64,000 nt of DNA from NCBI GenBank assembly GCA_965279035.1, contig OZ257142.1:2272001-2336000 (forward strand), in the 5' to 3' direction. Below the pieces are notes generated by a model that was not told the origin of the DNA, made no database searches, and worked only from the letters and a program-made list of their open reading frames with translations. The translations under genes were made by a program, and so were the position numbers. Source of the stretch: Bacteroidia bacterium. GTDB taxonomy: Bacteria > Bacteroidota > Bacteroidia > M30B66. Shown here piece after piece: positions 17,484 to 27,125 of this stretch. Numbering within the stretch: position 1 is the first letter of the stretch; every line of letters starts with the position of its first letter.

Positions 17484-20153
17484 TCAGGGTTCTTCGAATA
17501 AACGCATCTGAGGTTCATCACCTTCAAGGTCGATGATCACATTGGGTTTGTTGGAAATTGGATTTTCAGCTTCAGATTGGCCATCATTTTCAATTTCATC
17601 AACTTCTTCTGGTTCTGGCTCTGGCAAAGATTCTAGCGGAATAATTTTCTTCGGTTCATGGGTTGAAAGTCTTTTTCCTTTTGCCTTCAAACCTTTTACT
17701 GCTATAAATTCTTCCAATAAAATTTCCTGAGCATTCCGTTCAAATTTGCCCATTTTACCAAATTCCAATTGTACGCGAGGAAACGTATCGGTCGACACAA
17801 ATTCCAAACGCGAATTGGGATGCTCCGAAATAAACACCGTTTTCTTATCAGTGGTTTCAATCAAAAATCGTTTCACCATGTATTCTTTGCTTTCCCCATC
17901 ATAATAGATGGCAGAGACAGGTTGACGTTGATCGAAAAATCCCAATTGAATCAAATCTTCATCGAAGTGAGTACTTGGATCTGGATCGTACAATTTATAT
18001 GTTCCACTTTGCATCAAAGCGAGAATCTTATCGCCCGCGGCAAATGAACCAAGTAATTCGCCTCTGCCTTCTGCATTCAAACGCTTCACAGCATCGTCCC
18101 ACCAAATTTGACGAGCACTCAACGTGGATTGGCCTTTTTCTTTAAGGATGATTTTTCGAATCGGAATTTTGGTCATGATATTTCCACCTGCACCACGTCC
18201 TTTAATAGCCAAAGTTCCAAAATCAAACTCGAACACTGTCTTTTTCAGTTTCGGTCGAGGTTTTAGGAAAATCTGAAGTGTTTCAACTTCTCCATTCGGA
18301 TTCGCACTCAAATAAATAACACGACTGCCTTTGGTTCCTTTGGTCATATCGTATTCCTTATCGCGGATAACGCCGCTAATGGCAAAACGTTTCACATAAT
18401 AAGGACCTGTTTTGCCATCTTGATACACTAAATTGTAGGTTGTACGATCGTCATTTTTCCGAAATACGTTGATGTGTAAAATGTCTTTTCCAACAAAGGC
18501 TTTGTCGCTAATCTTCGAAATGATCATTTTCCCATCAGCACGCATCACTACGATATCATCAATATCCGAACACTCGCATACATATTCATCTTTCTTAATG
18601 TTGAAACCTGCAAAGCCTTCTTCACGGTTTACATACAACTTTTCGTTATTGATAACCACTTTCGAGGCTTCAATCGTATCGAACAAACGAATCTCCGTTT
18701 TACGTTCACGACCAGCTCCATATTTCTTTTTCAGATTCTGATACCAAGCAATGGTATATTCGGTAAGGCTGGCAAGATGATTTTCGCATGTAGCAATTTT
18801 ATCTTCCAATCCTTTGATATACTCATCCGCTTTAAATGCATCGAATTTCGAAATACGTTTAATTCGGATTTCTGTCAAACGAACGATGTCATCTTGTGTC
18901 ACATCGCGACGTAGTTTTTTTCGAAATGGTTTTAATCCTTTGTCGATTGCTTCAATTACAGCTTCCCAGGTTTCGCACTCTTCAATATCGCGATAGATGC
19001 GTTCTTCGATGAATATTTTTTCGAGGGAACTAAACTGCCACTGCTCCTCGAGTTCCATTTTTTCAATCTCGAGTTCGCGCTTTAAAAGTTGTTTCGTATT
19101 CGAAACTGAAAGCGTTAATATTTCTGAAATTCCGACAAAACGTGGTTTATCATTTTCGATGATAACCGCATTGGGTGAAACAGAAATCTCGCAGGATGTT
19201 AAAGCATAAAGTGCGTCAATGGTTTTATCAGGAGAAATGCCTGGCGGAAGATGTACAAGTATTTCTACTTGATCGGAAGTATTGTCTTCAATCTTTTTGA
19301 TTTTGATCTTTTCCTTGTCATTCGCCGCAAGAATAGAATCGATGAGCGATCCTGTAGTTGTACCGAAGGGAAGATCAGTTATGATTAAGGTATTTTTATC
19401 GAGCTGAGAAATTTTAGCACGTATACGCACTTTTCCTCCACGAGCTCCATCGTTGTACTTACTAAAATCGGCCATTCCACCCGTTACAAAATCGGGAAAT
19501 AGTTCGAATGGTTTGTTTTTTAGAACAGCAATACTTGCATCTAACAGTTCAATGAAATTATGAGGCAAGATTTTACAAGCTAGCCCAACAGCAATTCCTT
19601 CCACACCTTGAGCTAACAAAAGTGGGAATTTTACTGGAAGCGTGATTGGTTCTTTATTACGCCCATCGTAACTCAACTGCCAATGCGTTGTTTTGGCGTT
19701 GAAGAGAATTTCACTTGCCAATTTCGACAAACGAGCTTCTATGTAACGAGGCGCTGCTGCTGAATCTCCGGTGTAAATGTTCCCCCAGTTTCCTTGACAA
19801 TCGATGAGTATATCTTTCTGTCCAAGTTGAACTAAGGCATCACCAATAGAAGCATCCCCATGCGGGTGATATTTCATAGTATGCCCAATCACATTGGCTA
19901 CTTTATTATATCGACCATCATCCAACTCCTTCATTGCATGAAGAATCCGACGTTGAACGGGTTTTAATCCATCTTCAATATAAGGTACAGCGCGCTCAAG
20001 AATAACATAGGATGCGTAATCGAGAAACCAATTCTCGTACATGCCAGATACATGCGTGATACGCTCCTGAGAACCACCATCATCGGTTGATTCTCCGTTA
20101 GGTTCAAGCTGTTCGTTTAAGTCTTCAGGTGTTTCTTCGGCCATGGCTGGCAA
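17484..20153 (-). CDS. parC: DNA topoisomerase IV subunit A
   Basis: DGLKPVQRR, YHPHGDAS, AAAPRYIE; Bacteroidota ParC-type sequence with no evident GyrA-box. Confidence 0.92.
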   Translation of the reverse strand: MPAMAEETPEDLNEQLEPNGESTDDGGSQERITHVSGMYENWFLDYASYVILERAVPYIEDGLKPVQRRILHAMKELDDGRYNKVANVIGHTMKYHPHGDASIGDALVQLGQKDILIDCQGNWGNIYTGDSAAAPRYIEARLSKLASEILFNAKTTHWQLSYDGRNKEPITLPVKFPLLLAQGVEGIAVGLACKILPHNFIELLDASIAVLKNKPFELFPDFVTGGMADFSKYNDGARGGKVRIRAKISQLDKNTLIITDLPFGTTTGSLIDSILAANDKEKIKIKKIEDNTSDQVEILVHLPPGISPDKTIDALYALTSCEISVSPNAVIIENDKPRFVGISEILTLSVSNTKQLLKRELEIEKMELEEQWQFSSLEKIFIEERIYRDIEECETWEAVIEAIDKGLKPFRKKLRRDVTQDDIVRLTEIRIKRISKFDAFKADEYIKGLEDKIATCENHLASLTEYTIAWYQNLKKKYGAGRERKTEIRLFDTIEASKVVINNEKLYVNREEGFAGFNIKKDEYVCECSDIDDIVVMRADGKMIISKISDKAFVGKDILHINVFRKNDDRTTYNLVYQDGKTGPYYVKRFAISGVIRDKEYDMTKGTKGSRVIYLSANPNGEVETLQIFLKPRPKLKKTVFEFDFGTLAIKGRGAGGNIMTKIPIRKIILKEKGQSTLSARQIWWDDAVKRLNAEGRGELLGSFAAGDKILALMQSGTYKLYDPDPSTHFDEDLIQLGFFDQRQPVSAIYYDGESKEYMVKRFLIETTDKKTVFISEHPNSRLEFVSTDTFPRVQLEFGKMGKFERNAQEILLEEFIAVKGLKAKGKRLSTHEPKKIIPLESLPEPEPEEVDEIENDGQSEAENPISNKPNVIIDLEGDEPQMRLFEEP

Positions 20154-20252
20154 AAATAGAAAACAAGGGCGCTTTTTTACCCAGTGTTTCGCAATGAGTT
20201 GTTAACAATAACAGTGATTTAAGCTACTTTCGCTTGGAAACTTTTTTGACAA

Positions 20253-21245
20253 ATGGAATCATTCATGAATAGGAAGAAATACTTGCACATACTGTTCAAA
20301 TGCTTTCTCATCCTGAATTTCCTAATTCTAGATGCTACATTGTTTGCTCAACTCAATGAGATTGAAGATTTCGGATCTAATCCGGGAGCATTGCGTTGCT
20401 ATTATTATATCCCCCAATCTGCACCGAAATCAAATATTCCTTTACTCATCGTTCTGCATGGCTGTGGACAAACAGCCTATGAAGTATCCAACCAATCGGG
20501 CTGGAATAAATTAGCCGATTCGATCGGAATGATTGTCGTTTATCCTCAGCAGCATTTGTTGAATAATCCTTCGCGTTGCTATAATTGGTTTAAAGAAGAA
20601 GATATTGTGCGAGGTCATGGAGAAGTAGAATCCTTGCATCAAATGCTAACATACTTCAAAACACACTATGAAGTAGATGATCGTCGTGTGTTTGTTTTTG
20701 GAATGTCGGCAGGAGCAACGATGGGAACAATTTTGATGGCTGCATATCCAGAGGAAATTACGGCAGGTTGTTCTTTGGCAGGACCTGCAATTGGAACTTG
20801 GGAAGGCAGTTTATCGCAGATGAAATCCTTGTATGAATCGGAAGAATACATACCCAAATCGTTTTTAGACAAACTTCGAAAATGTTACCCCGGTTATAAG
20901 GGACCTTATCCTTTGTTGATAAGTGTACATGGTGGAATTGATATATTGGTAACTGTCGAAGATCAGATGGATCAGATTTCCCAATGGACTGCCGCTTCTG
21001 GTTCTGATGCCATTCCTGAAAAGAGAGAAGTTATCTTTGAAAATCCTCGTGTAACACGAAGTTCGTATTCAAATGTAGATGGAAAGACAGTCGTGGTTGC
21101 ATATCAAATTGACGGTGTTGGACATATTTTGCCAATCAATGTAGGTGATCGATTGGACGAAGGTGGAAAGACAGGCTTGTTTACAAAAGATATTGGTTTT
21201 CATCTTCCTTTTTGGATTGCTAGGGAATTTGGGTTGATTAATTAA
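20253..21245 (+). CDS. PHB depolymerase family esterase (secreted)
   Basis: Signal peptide, FGSNPG.L, LHGC oxyanion motif, CYNWF, nucleophile GMSAG, HG..D and GH. Confidence 0.85.
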   Translation: MESFMNRKKYLHILFKCFLILNFLILDATLFAQLNEIEDFGSNPGALRCYYYIPQSAPKSNIPLLIVLHGCGQTAYEVSNQSGWNKLADSIGMIVVYPQQHLLNNPSRCYNWFKEEDIVRGHGEVESLHQMLTYFKTHYEVDDRRVFVFGMSAGATMGTILMAAYPEEITAGCSLAGPAIGTWEGSLSQMKSLYESEEYIPKSFLDKLRKCYPGYKGPYPLLISVHGGIDILVTVEDQMDQISQWTAASGSDAIPEKREVIFENPRVTRSSYSNVDGKTVVVAYQIDGVGHILPINVGDRLDEGGKTGLFTKDIGFHLPFWIAREFGLIN

Positions 21246-21367
21246 TGTGCTGGTTAGTTAATGTGCTGATTAGTTAATGTGCTGGTGTGCTAGTTTGTTG
21301 ATGTGCTGGTTATCCCGATAACTATTGGGAGATGTGCTGATTCCAATGCTATTGGATTGCTGATGTG
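21242..21367 (+). repeat. Degenerate 8-bp periodic tandem repeat
   Basis: ttaatgtg ctggttag ttaatgtg ctgattag ttaatgtg ctggtgtg ctagtttg ttgatgtg ctggtta..., interrupted by TCCCGATAACTATTGGGA. Confidence 0.8.
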
Positions 21368-21380
21368 AAACAACACGCAG

Positions 21381-21400
21381 CCCCGGAATTCATTCCGGGG
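21381..21400. repeat. REP-like GC-rich palindrome
   Basis: CCCCGGAAT-TC-ATTCCGGGG, with no U tract. Confidence 0.6.
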
Positions 21401-21512
21401 TCATTAGTGTGCATTACTGCAGCAGTTAAACAAAATCCCTATAGCTTTGGATTAAAATAGTTTTTGAGTTAAATGATGAATGAACTCGATATATTTTGAA
21501 GCTTTCAGATTC

Positions 21513-21526
21513 GGCAAACGCTTTCC
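21513..21526. promoter_or_regulatory. Putative LacI-family operator upstream of the sugar MFS gene
   Basis: GGCAAACGCTTTCC fits the LacI-type GnAAnCGnTTnC pattern. Confidence 0.5.
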
Positions 21527-21605
21527 CTTTCATTTTATTCCTGATTTGTTGAGGATGTTTCGAATTGTGTATTTTGCGGTGTTAAATTGACACTAATATC
21601 ATTTC

Positions 21606-22958
21606 ATGGGACCACGCACTGAAAACAGACGACTTTCTTTCCGCCAAATTTGGAATATGAGTTTTGGATTTTTAGGGATTCAGTTTGGATTTGCATTGCA
21701 GAATGGAAATGCATCCTCGATCCTTCAAAATTTTGGAGCGCATGTGGAAGAGCTTTCTTGGTTTTGGCTTGTGGCACCTTTTACAGGGATGATTGTTCAA
21801 CCCATTATTGGACATTATAGCGATCGCACTTGGAATCGTTTGGGAAGAAGAAAACCTTACTTTTTAGTTGGCACTTTGATATGTTGTTGCGCGCTTTTGT
21901 TGTTGCCTAATTCGGGAGTGTTTTTCGTGGGTAAAATGGCACTGTTTATTGGTGCGATGTTTTTAATGTTGATGGATGCGAGTATCAATGTAGCGATGGA
22001 GCCATTTCGTGCTTTGGTGGCGGATAATCTTCCAGACAACCAACGAACATTGGGGTTTTCAATACAAACATTTCTCATTGGCGTTGGAGCTGTAGTTGGT
22101 TCTTGGTTGCCTTGGATTTTGAAAAATTGGTTTCATGTTTCAGCATCTGCTCCTGCAGGACAAGTTGCCGATAACGTGATTTATTCCTTCTACTGCGGTG
22201 CTGCAGTTTTCCTCTTTGCTATTTTGGTTACAATCATTCGAACACGTGAATATCCACCTGCAGAATATGCCGAAATACATGGTCATGCAGAAGAAGAAAA
22301 AACAGGATTAAGTCAAATTTTTAAAGACTTCTCTAAAATGCCGAAGACTATGCGGCAGTTAGGTCTTGTGCAATTTTTTAGCTGGTTTGCTTTATTTAGT
22401 ATGTGGGTTTTTACAACGCCTGCTATTGCTCAACATATATATCATCTTCCAGTTGGTGATACTTCTTCTGATCAATTTCGGGATGCTGGTGCTTGGGTTG
22501 GAATTATTTTCGGAGTGTATAATTTGATTTCAGCAATTTATGCTTTGTTGCTTCCTTCTATTGCTGCTCGATTTGGCCGAAGAAATACACATGCATTTTC
22601 ACTTATCTGTGGTGGTTTAGGATTGATATCGATGTATTTCGCTCCGAATAAAGAATTTTTGATTTTCTCAATGATTGGTGTTGGCTTAGCCTGGGCAAGT
22701 ATTTTGGCTATGCCTTATGCCATATTAGCGGGTTCAATTCCTGCAGGAAAAATGGGTGTTTACATGGGAATATTTAATTTTTTCATCACCATTCCTCAAA
22801 TTGTTAACGGTATTTTCGGTGGACCAATCGTCAAATATTTCTATAATTCTGAAGCTATTTACGCCATCATTTTAGCTGGTATTTTCATGATTCTTGGGGC
22901 AGTTAGTTCCTTCTATGTTCAGGATGCAACAACCATTAATATGAATGATAAACGTTAG
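21606..22958 (+). CDS. MFS sugar transporter, maltose/sucrose (GPH/SLC45-like) family
   Basis: 12 TM helices; NMSFGFLGIQFGF, YSDRTW...GRRKPY, MEPFRALVAD. Confidence 0.9.
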   Translation: MGPRTENRRLSFRQIWNMSFGFLGIQFGFALQNGNASSILQNFGAHVEELSWFWLVAPFTGMIVQPIIGHYSDRTWNRLGRRKPYFLVGTLICCCALLLLPNSGVFFVGKMALFIGAMFLMLMDASINVAMEPFRALVADNLPDNQRTLGFSIQTFLIGVGAVVGSWLPWILKNWFHVSASAPAGQVADNVIYSFYCGAAVFLFAILVTIIRTREYPPAEYAEIHGHAEEEKTGLSQIFKDFSKMPKTMRQLGLVQFFSWFALFSMWVFTTPAIAQHIYHLPVGDTSSDQFRDAGAWVGIIFGVYNLISAIYALLLPSIAARFGRRNTHAFSLICGGLGLISMYFAPNKEFLIFSMIGVGLAWASILAMPYAILAGSIPAGKMGVYMGIFNFFITIPQIVNGIFGGPIVKYFYNSEAIYAIILAGIFMILGAVSSFYVQDATTINMNDKR

Positions 22959-23069
22959 TTTCAATTCTACTTTTTGAAATTAATTTGATAATTGAAATTC
23001 ATTCGTTAAAAAGCTGGATCTGATTTTCTTTATTTGTTGATTCTTAAATTCATTTCAACTATAGACTCA

Positions 23070-24422
23070 ATGAAAATTCAATACGCTGCATTTCTATTTT
23101 TAGCGGCACTTTCAGGTAATGTAAATGGACAATGGAATGCAATGAATCCCATGTCGACAATACGAGCTGGGCATATTTCAGCTGCATTAAATAATGGAAA
23201 TGTTTTAGTTGCAGGTGGTTGGGATTATACTACCAATCTCAAAACGGCCGAAGTATTTGATGCATCTTCCAATTCTTGGTCGAGCACTCCAGAAATGTCA
23301 AGTGAACATTACAATGCCGCTTCTGTTACACTTGATAATGGACAGGTGCTCGTCATTGCTGGATACACTGGAACATTTAATACAGAAACTTGTGAACTCT
23401 ATGATCCATCAAGCAATACCTGGTCATCGGCAGGCGATTTAACTCAAGGTCGTTCCTTTTTTACTGCCACTAAATTATCCGATGGTAAAGTGCTTGTTGT
23501 AGGTGGATTTGATGGAAGCAATAATTTATCATCATGCGAAATTTATGACCCAGCATTAAATTCTTGGTCAGCTGCAAGTTCATTAAATACAGGTCGATCA
23601 TATCATATTGCTGCATTATTAGGCAACGGAAAAGTGCTTATTGCTGGTGGATATAATCCCAATGCGGGCTACCAATTAAGCTCAACCGAATTGTACGACC
23701 CTGTTGAAAATTCTTGGTCGGCTGGTCCTGATATGCTTACTGCACGCGACTTTCATGCAGCATCAACCTTAGGTGATGGAAGCATTTTAGTGACTGGTGG
23801 ACGTTATTTTAATGGATCTACAAATTTCGCCTACAATGGATTATCATCTGCCGAAAGGTATAATCCAGCAAGCAATTCTTGGACTACGTTTCCTTCAATT
23901 CCCTCTGGTATTTCATATCATCAACAGGTTACATTGGGCGATGGAAATGTATTAGTCATTGCTGGAGTAGATAGTTCTAATTATTCATCCGGAACAGGAT
24001 TTACTACTTTCCCCACAACAACCTATTTGTTACATCCAATTTCGGGTATTTGGGAGGAAACTTCAATGATTCAAGATTCACGCTATGAACATGGAGTAAC
24101 AGTAATGACTGATGGAAATGCCTTGGTTACTGGTGGAGTTGATGCTTCTGTTGAATTATTTGGATCAATTACAAACATTAAATCAGTGAAGAATTCTTCT
24201 ATTGCTTTAAACATTTTTCCAAATCCCGGAAAAGGGTTAATTCGAGTAGAAAGCCCGATTCCATCGAAAGGAATTGTTGTTTATGATCTATTAGGTAAAA
24301 AAGTGAATGTTCCATTTCAATTAATGGAACATGGATTTATTCTCAATACAGAAAATTTAAAAGCTGGTTGTTATTTGGTTTGCTCCGATAATTTAAAGCA
24401 ACGCTTAATCATAGAAAATTGA
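23070..24422 (+). CDS. Kelch-repeat beta-propeller protein with T9SS type A sorting domain
   Basis: About six repeats of L.NG.VLVAGG...E.YDP..N.W; C-terminal IFPNP...YDLLG..LKAG.Y; signal peptide from ATG 23070. Confidence 0.88.
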   Translation: MKIQYAAFLFLAALSGNVNGQWNAMNPMSTIRAGHISAALNNGNVLVAGGWDYTTNLKTAEVFDASSNSWSSTPEMSSEHYNAASVTLDNGQVLVIAGYTGTFNTETCELYDPSSNTWSSAGDLTQGRSFFTATKLSDGKVLVVGGFDGSNNLSSCEIYDPALNSWSAASSLNTGRSYHIAALLGNGKVLIAGGYNPNAGYQLSSTELYDPVENSWSAGPDMLTARDFHAASTLGDGSILVTGGRYFNGSTNFAYNGLSSAERYNPASNSWTTFPSIPSGISYHQQVTLGDGNVLVIAGVDSSNYSSGTGFTTFPTTTYLLHPISGIWEETSMIQDSRYEHGVTVMTDGNALVTGGVDASVELFGSITNIKSVKNSSIALNIFPNPGKGLIRVESPIPSKGIVVYDLLGKKVNVPFQLMEHGFILNTENLKAGCYLVCSDNLKQRLIIEN

Positions 24423-24441
24423 TGAAATTTGATTTCAATAA

Positions 24442-24476
24442 TAAAAGGCTTGGGAAATATTACTCAGGCCTTTTTA
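24442..24476 (+). terminator. Intrinsic terminator
   Basis: AAAAGGCTTGGG...CTCAGGCCTTTTT. Confidence 0.7.
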
Positions 24477-24523
24477 ATTGCTTTATTTCAATTTTAACCT
24501 AATCAATTTCATTAATCAATAAA

Positions 24524-25804
24524 ATGAATTCGACTTACCATTATACCAATGCCGAAGAAGCACTTTTATTAATTCAATCTCAAACACGTGTTTTTCTTCA
24601 TGGCAGCGCAGCTACTCCTATTTATTTAATAAATAAATTGCTTCAGGAGAAAGATCGACTTCAAGATGTTGAATTAATAAGCATTACGCTACAAGGTGTA
24701 GACTTAAATAAGGAAGAACTTCGGGGGCATTTTTACATCAATTCCCTGTTTGTATCGGAGGCAACACGCAAATCGGTGAACAATAGCATGGGCGATTATA
24801 TTCCCGTTTTTCTCAGTGAAATTCCTCAGCTCTTTCGACAAACTATTTTACCTATCGACGTTGCTATCATACATGTTTCTCCTCCCGATAAACATGGCTA
24901 TTGCTCATTAGGAACATCGGTCGATATAGCAAAATCAGTTGTTGAAACTGCATCGAAGATTATTGCTCAAGTAAATCCAAACATGCCGCGTGTTCATGGA
25001 GATTCTTTTGTGCATTTTAGTCGATTCGATGCTGCTGTTTGGGAGAATGAACCTTTACCTGAAATTATTACATCAAAGAAAAATGAAGATATTCATGATC
25101 AAATTGCTCATTATGTTGCCGAATTAGTTGAAGACGGAGCAACCCTTCAATTGGGAATTGGAAGCATACCAGATTCGGTTTTAAAGAAATTGACAAATCA
25201 TAAAAACCTAGGACTTCATACCGAAATGTTTTCGGATGGAGTGATCGATTTAATACAAAGTGGAACAATCAATAACAGTCAGAAAAAAATTGTTCAAGGC
25301 TATTGTGTAACAGCATTTATGTTTGGTACCAAACGCTTGTATGATTTTGCCGATGATAATCCAATCATTAAAGCCATGGATATTAGTTATGTGAACGATC
25401 CAAGGGTAATTTGTTTAAATCCCAAAGTAACAGCTATCAACAGTGCGATAGAAGTGGATATTACAGGACAAGTTTGTTCCGATTCGATTGGAACCTATCA
25501 ATATTCTGGAATAGGTGGACAGATGGATTTTATTCGAGGTGCTGCCTTATCAGAAAGAGGGAAGCCAATCATTGCCATTCCGTCACGAACAAATAAAGGA
25601 ATTTCGCGCATTGTACCTTTTTTAAAACAAGGAGCTGGTGTAGTTACCACTCGTGGACATATTCATTGGGTAGTAACTGAGTATGGTTCGGTGAATTTAT
25701 TCGGAATGAATATGGAACAACGTGCTCAATCACTAATATCTATTGCGCATCCAGAAGATAGAGAATTACTGGAGAAAGAATCGTATGCTCGTTTCAAACG
25801 TTAA
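24524..25804 (+). CDS. Acetyl-CoA hydrolase/transferase (4-hydroxybutyrate CoA-transferase-like)
   Basis: TLQLGIG, LGLHTEM (catalytic Glu), SGIGGQMDF, VVTEYG. Confidence 0.9.
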   Translation: MNSTYHYTNAEEALLLIQSQTRVFLHGSAATPIYLINKLLQEKDRLQDVELISITLQGVDLNKEELRGHFYINSLFVSEATRKSVNNSMGDYIPVFLSEIPQLFRQTILPIDVAIIHVSPPDKHGYCSLGTSVDIAKSVVETASKIIAQVNPNMPRVHGDSFVHFSRFDAAVWENEPLPEIITSKKNEDIHDQIAHYVAELVEDGATLQLGIGSIPDSVLKKLTNHKNLGLHTEMFSDGVIDLIQSGTINNSQKKIVQGYCVTAFMFGTKRLYDFADDNPIIKAMDISYVNDPRVICLNPKVTAINSAIEVDITGQVCSDSIGTYQYSGIGGQMDFIRGAALSERGKPIIAIPSRTNKGISRIVPFLKQGAGVVTTRGHIHWVVTEYGSVNLFGMNMEQRAQSLISIAHPEDRELLEKESYARFKR

Positions 25805-26083
25805 GATTATTGAATACTTGCTGAATTCAAATATGTTAATTTTGAAATGCACTTCATGTTGAATTAATTTACTTGAATTTATGCAAGAGGTAATATCTAT
25901 AATTTACCAGATAAATGCCAGATATAGTAATAGATTATCATATATAACAGTGAGACTTTCGCTTACTTATAAGTTGCCTTATTTTGTCTATTTATTTTGA
26001 ATGGAATCTAATATAACTCGCAGTATCAAATACATCTTTCCAATTCAATCATAAATTGAATAAACATAGTTATATATAAATGG

Positions 26084-26110
26084 AAAGTCCACCAATGGAT
26101 GGACTTTTTA
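26084..26110. terminator. Probable bidirectional terminator
   Basis: AAAGTCCA-N8-TGGACTTT(TT) between convergent genes. Confidence 0.6.
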
Positions 26111-26198
26111 ATATAATTGAAAAAACAATTAAAATGAATTTTGAATGCGAACTTTATAAAAACCCATTTTGCTAATTAAATGATGAGAATAGGCAGAG

Positions 26199-26489
26199 TT
26201 ATTTTTCAGGTTTAATATATTGTTGTAAGGCACTTACATAATTTTGGAAAGCTTGGATTCCTTTTTTTGTGATCGAACATTTCGTTAAAGGATATTTTCC
26301 TTTAAATGTCTTTTCGACTTTTATATAATCGGCCTCTTGTAATTTATCAATTTGCACACTGATATTCCCTGAAGTAGCATTCGTTTTCTCTTTAATGAAG
26401 GAAAACTCAGCTTCTTCAACAGAAACCAACAAAGAAATAATTGCTAGTCTAAGTTGAGAATGAAGTAATGGATCTAAGTTTTGGAACAT
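26199..26489 (-). CDS. Winged-helix transcriptional regulator (HTH_34/ArsR-like)
   Basis: LDPLLH..LRLAI.S.L...AEF...TSGN.S..I.KL....YI...K.F.GK.P.T..T.KG. Confidence 0.88.
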   Translation of the reverse strand: MFQNLDPLLHSQLRLAIISLLVSVEEAEFSFIKEKTNATSGNISVQIDKLQEADYIKVEKTFKGKYPLTKCSITKKGIQAFQNYVSALQQYIKPEK

Positions 26490-26501
26490 TAAATTCTAGA
26501 A

Positions 26502-27074
26502 TTATTTTGTTTCAGCTTTTTCATTTGACCTTAGTATAATTCCGGGTATAATAAAGGCAAATAAAACTCCGGCAGCCAATAATAGTAATTGAATTTGATA
26601 ATCAACGAAAAAGCCAATTATAGCAAGAATCCAACACACAAGTGCACCTAGTTGAAATGCTTTAATTTTGAAAGCTCCTCCTGAAACAAATGTAGTTATT
26701 GCATAGAAGCATAGAATGATTGGAAACGTATATATTCCAATTTTATTAGCAAAAAATAGGATGATGAAAAGCGATATTCCAAATGCCATCCACATGCTTA
26801 ACAGCAAACTTTCTATATGTGTTTTAACATTCTCTTTTTTCTTCTGTTTGCGAATAAGAATCAATTGAATAAGTATAGCTAACGGGATAAAAATTACCCA
26901 TCCTATACCAGAATTCATATTCTGCCCCACAAGCAAAATATATTGCAAGATACTAGCTAAGAACACTGCACATCCCCAGAGTATATAATAAGGACTATCA
27001 TCGTAAAAACGTCTTTGTGCTGTTTTTACCATTTGCGCAATTAAATCCAGGTTTTGTTTGTTTGAATTTTCCAT
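26502..27074 (-). CDS. Six-TM membrane protein, partner of the HTH_34 regulator
   Basis: L.LIAQMV..A N-terminus, ILWG motif, six hydrophobic helices; 12 nt from the HTH gene. Confidence 0.75.
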   Translation of the reverse strand: MENSNKQNLDLIAQMVKTAQRRFYDDSPYYILWGCAVFLASILQYILLVGQNMNSGIGWVIFIPLAILIQLILIRKQKKKENVKTHIESLLLSMWMAFGISLFIILFFANKIGIYTFPIILCFYAITTFVSGGAFKIKAFQLGALVCWILAIIGFFVDYQIQLLLLAAGVLFAFIIPGIILRSNEKAETK

Positions 27075-27096
27075 TTTGTTAAGTTATAAACATGGC

Positions 27097-27125
27097 ACGA
27101 ATGTAGACTAGTTTATAATATAAAC
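27097..27125 (-). promoter_or_regulatory. -7 box and palindromic operator for the membrane protein/HTH operon
   Basis: TACATTCG on the - strand; perfect 7-1-7 inverted repeat GTTTATA-A-TATAAAC (27111-27125). Confidence 0.6.

Noticed and set aside
17484-20253. parC without adjacent parE
   Set aside because: The two genes are often unlinked; parE is probably elsewhere in the genome.
21242-21400. Possible CRISPR array
   Set aside because: Units are 8/16 bp and contiguous, with no unique spacers and no cas genes.
27093-27108. TGGCACG sigma54 -24 motif on the + strand
   Set aside because: No -12 TTGC and no + strand gene follows. The same bases form the - strand -7 box TACATTCG of the adjacent operon.
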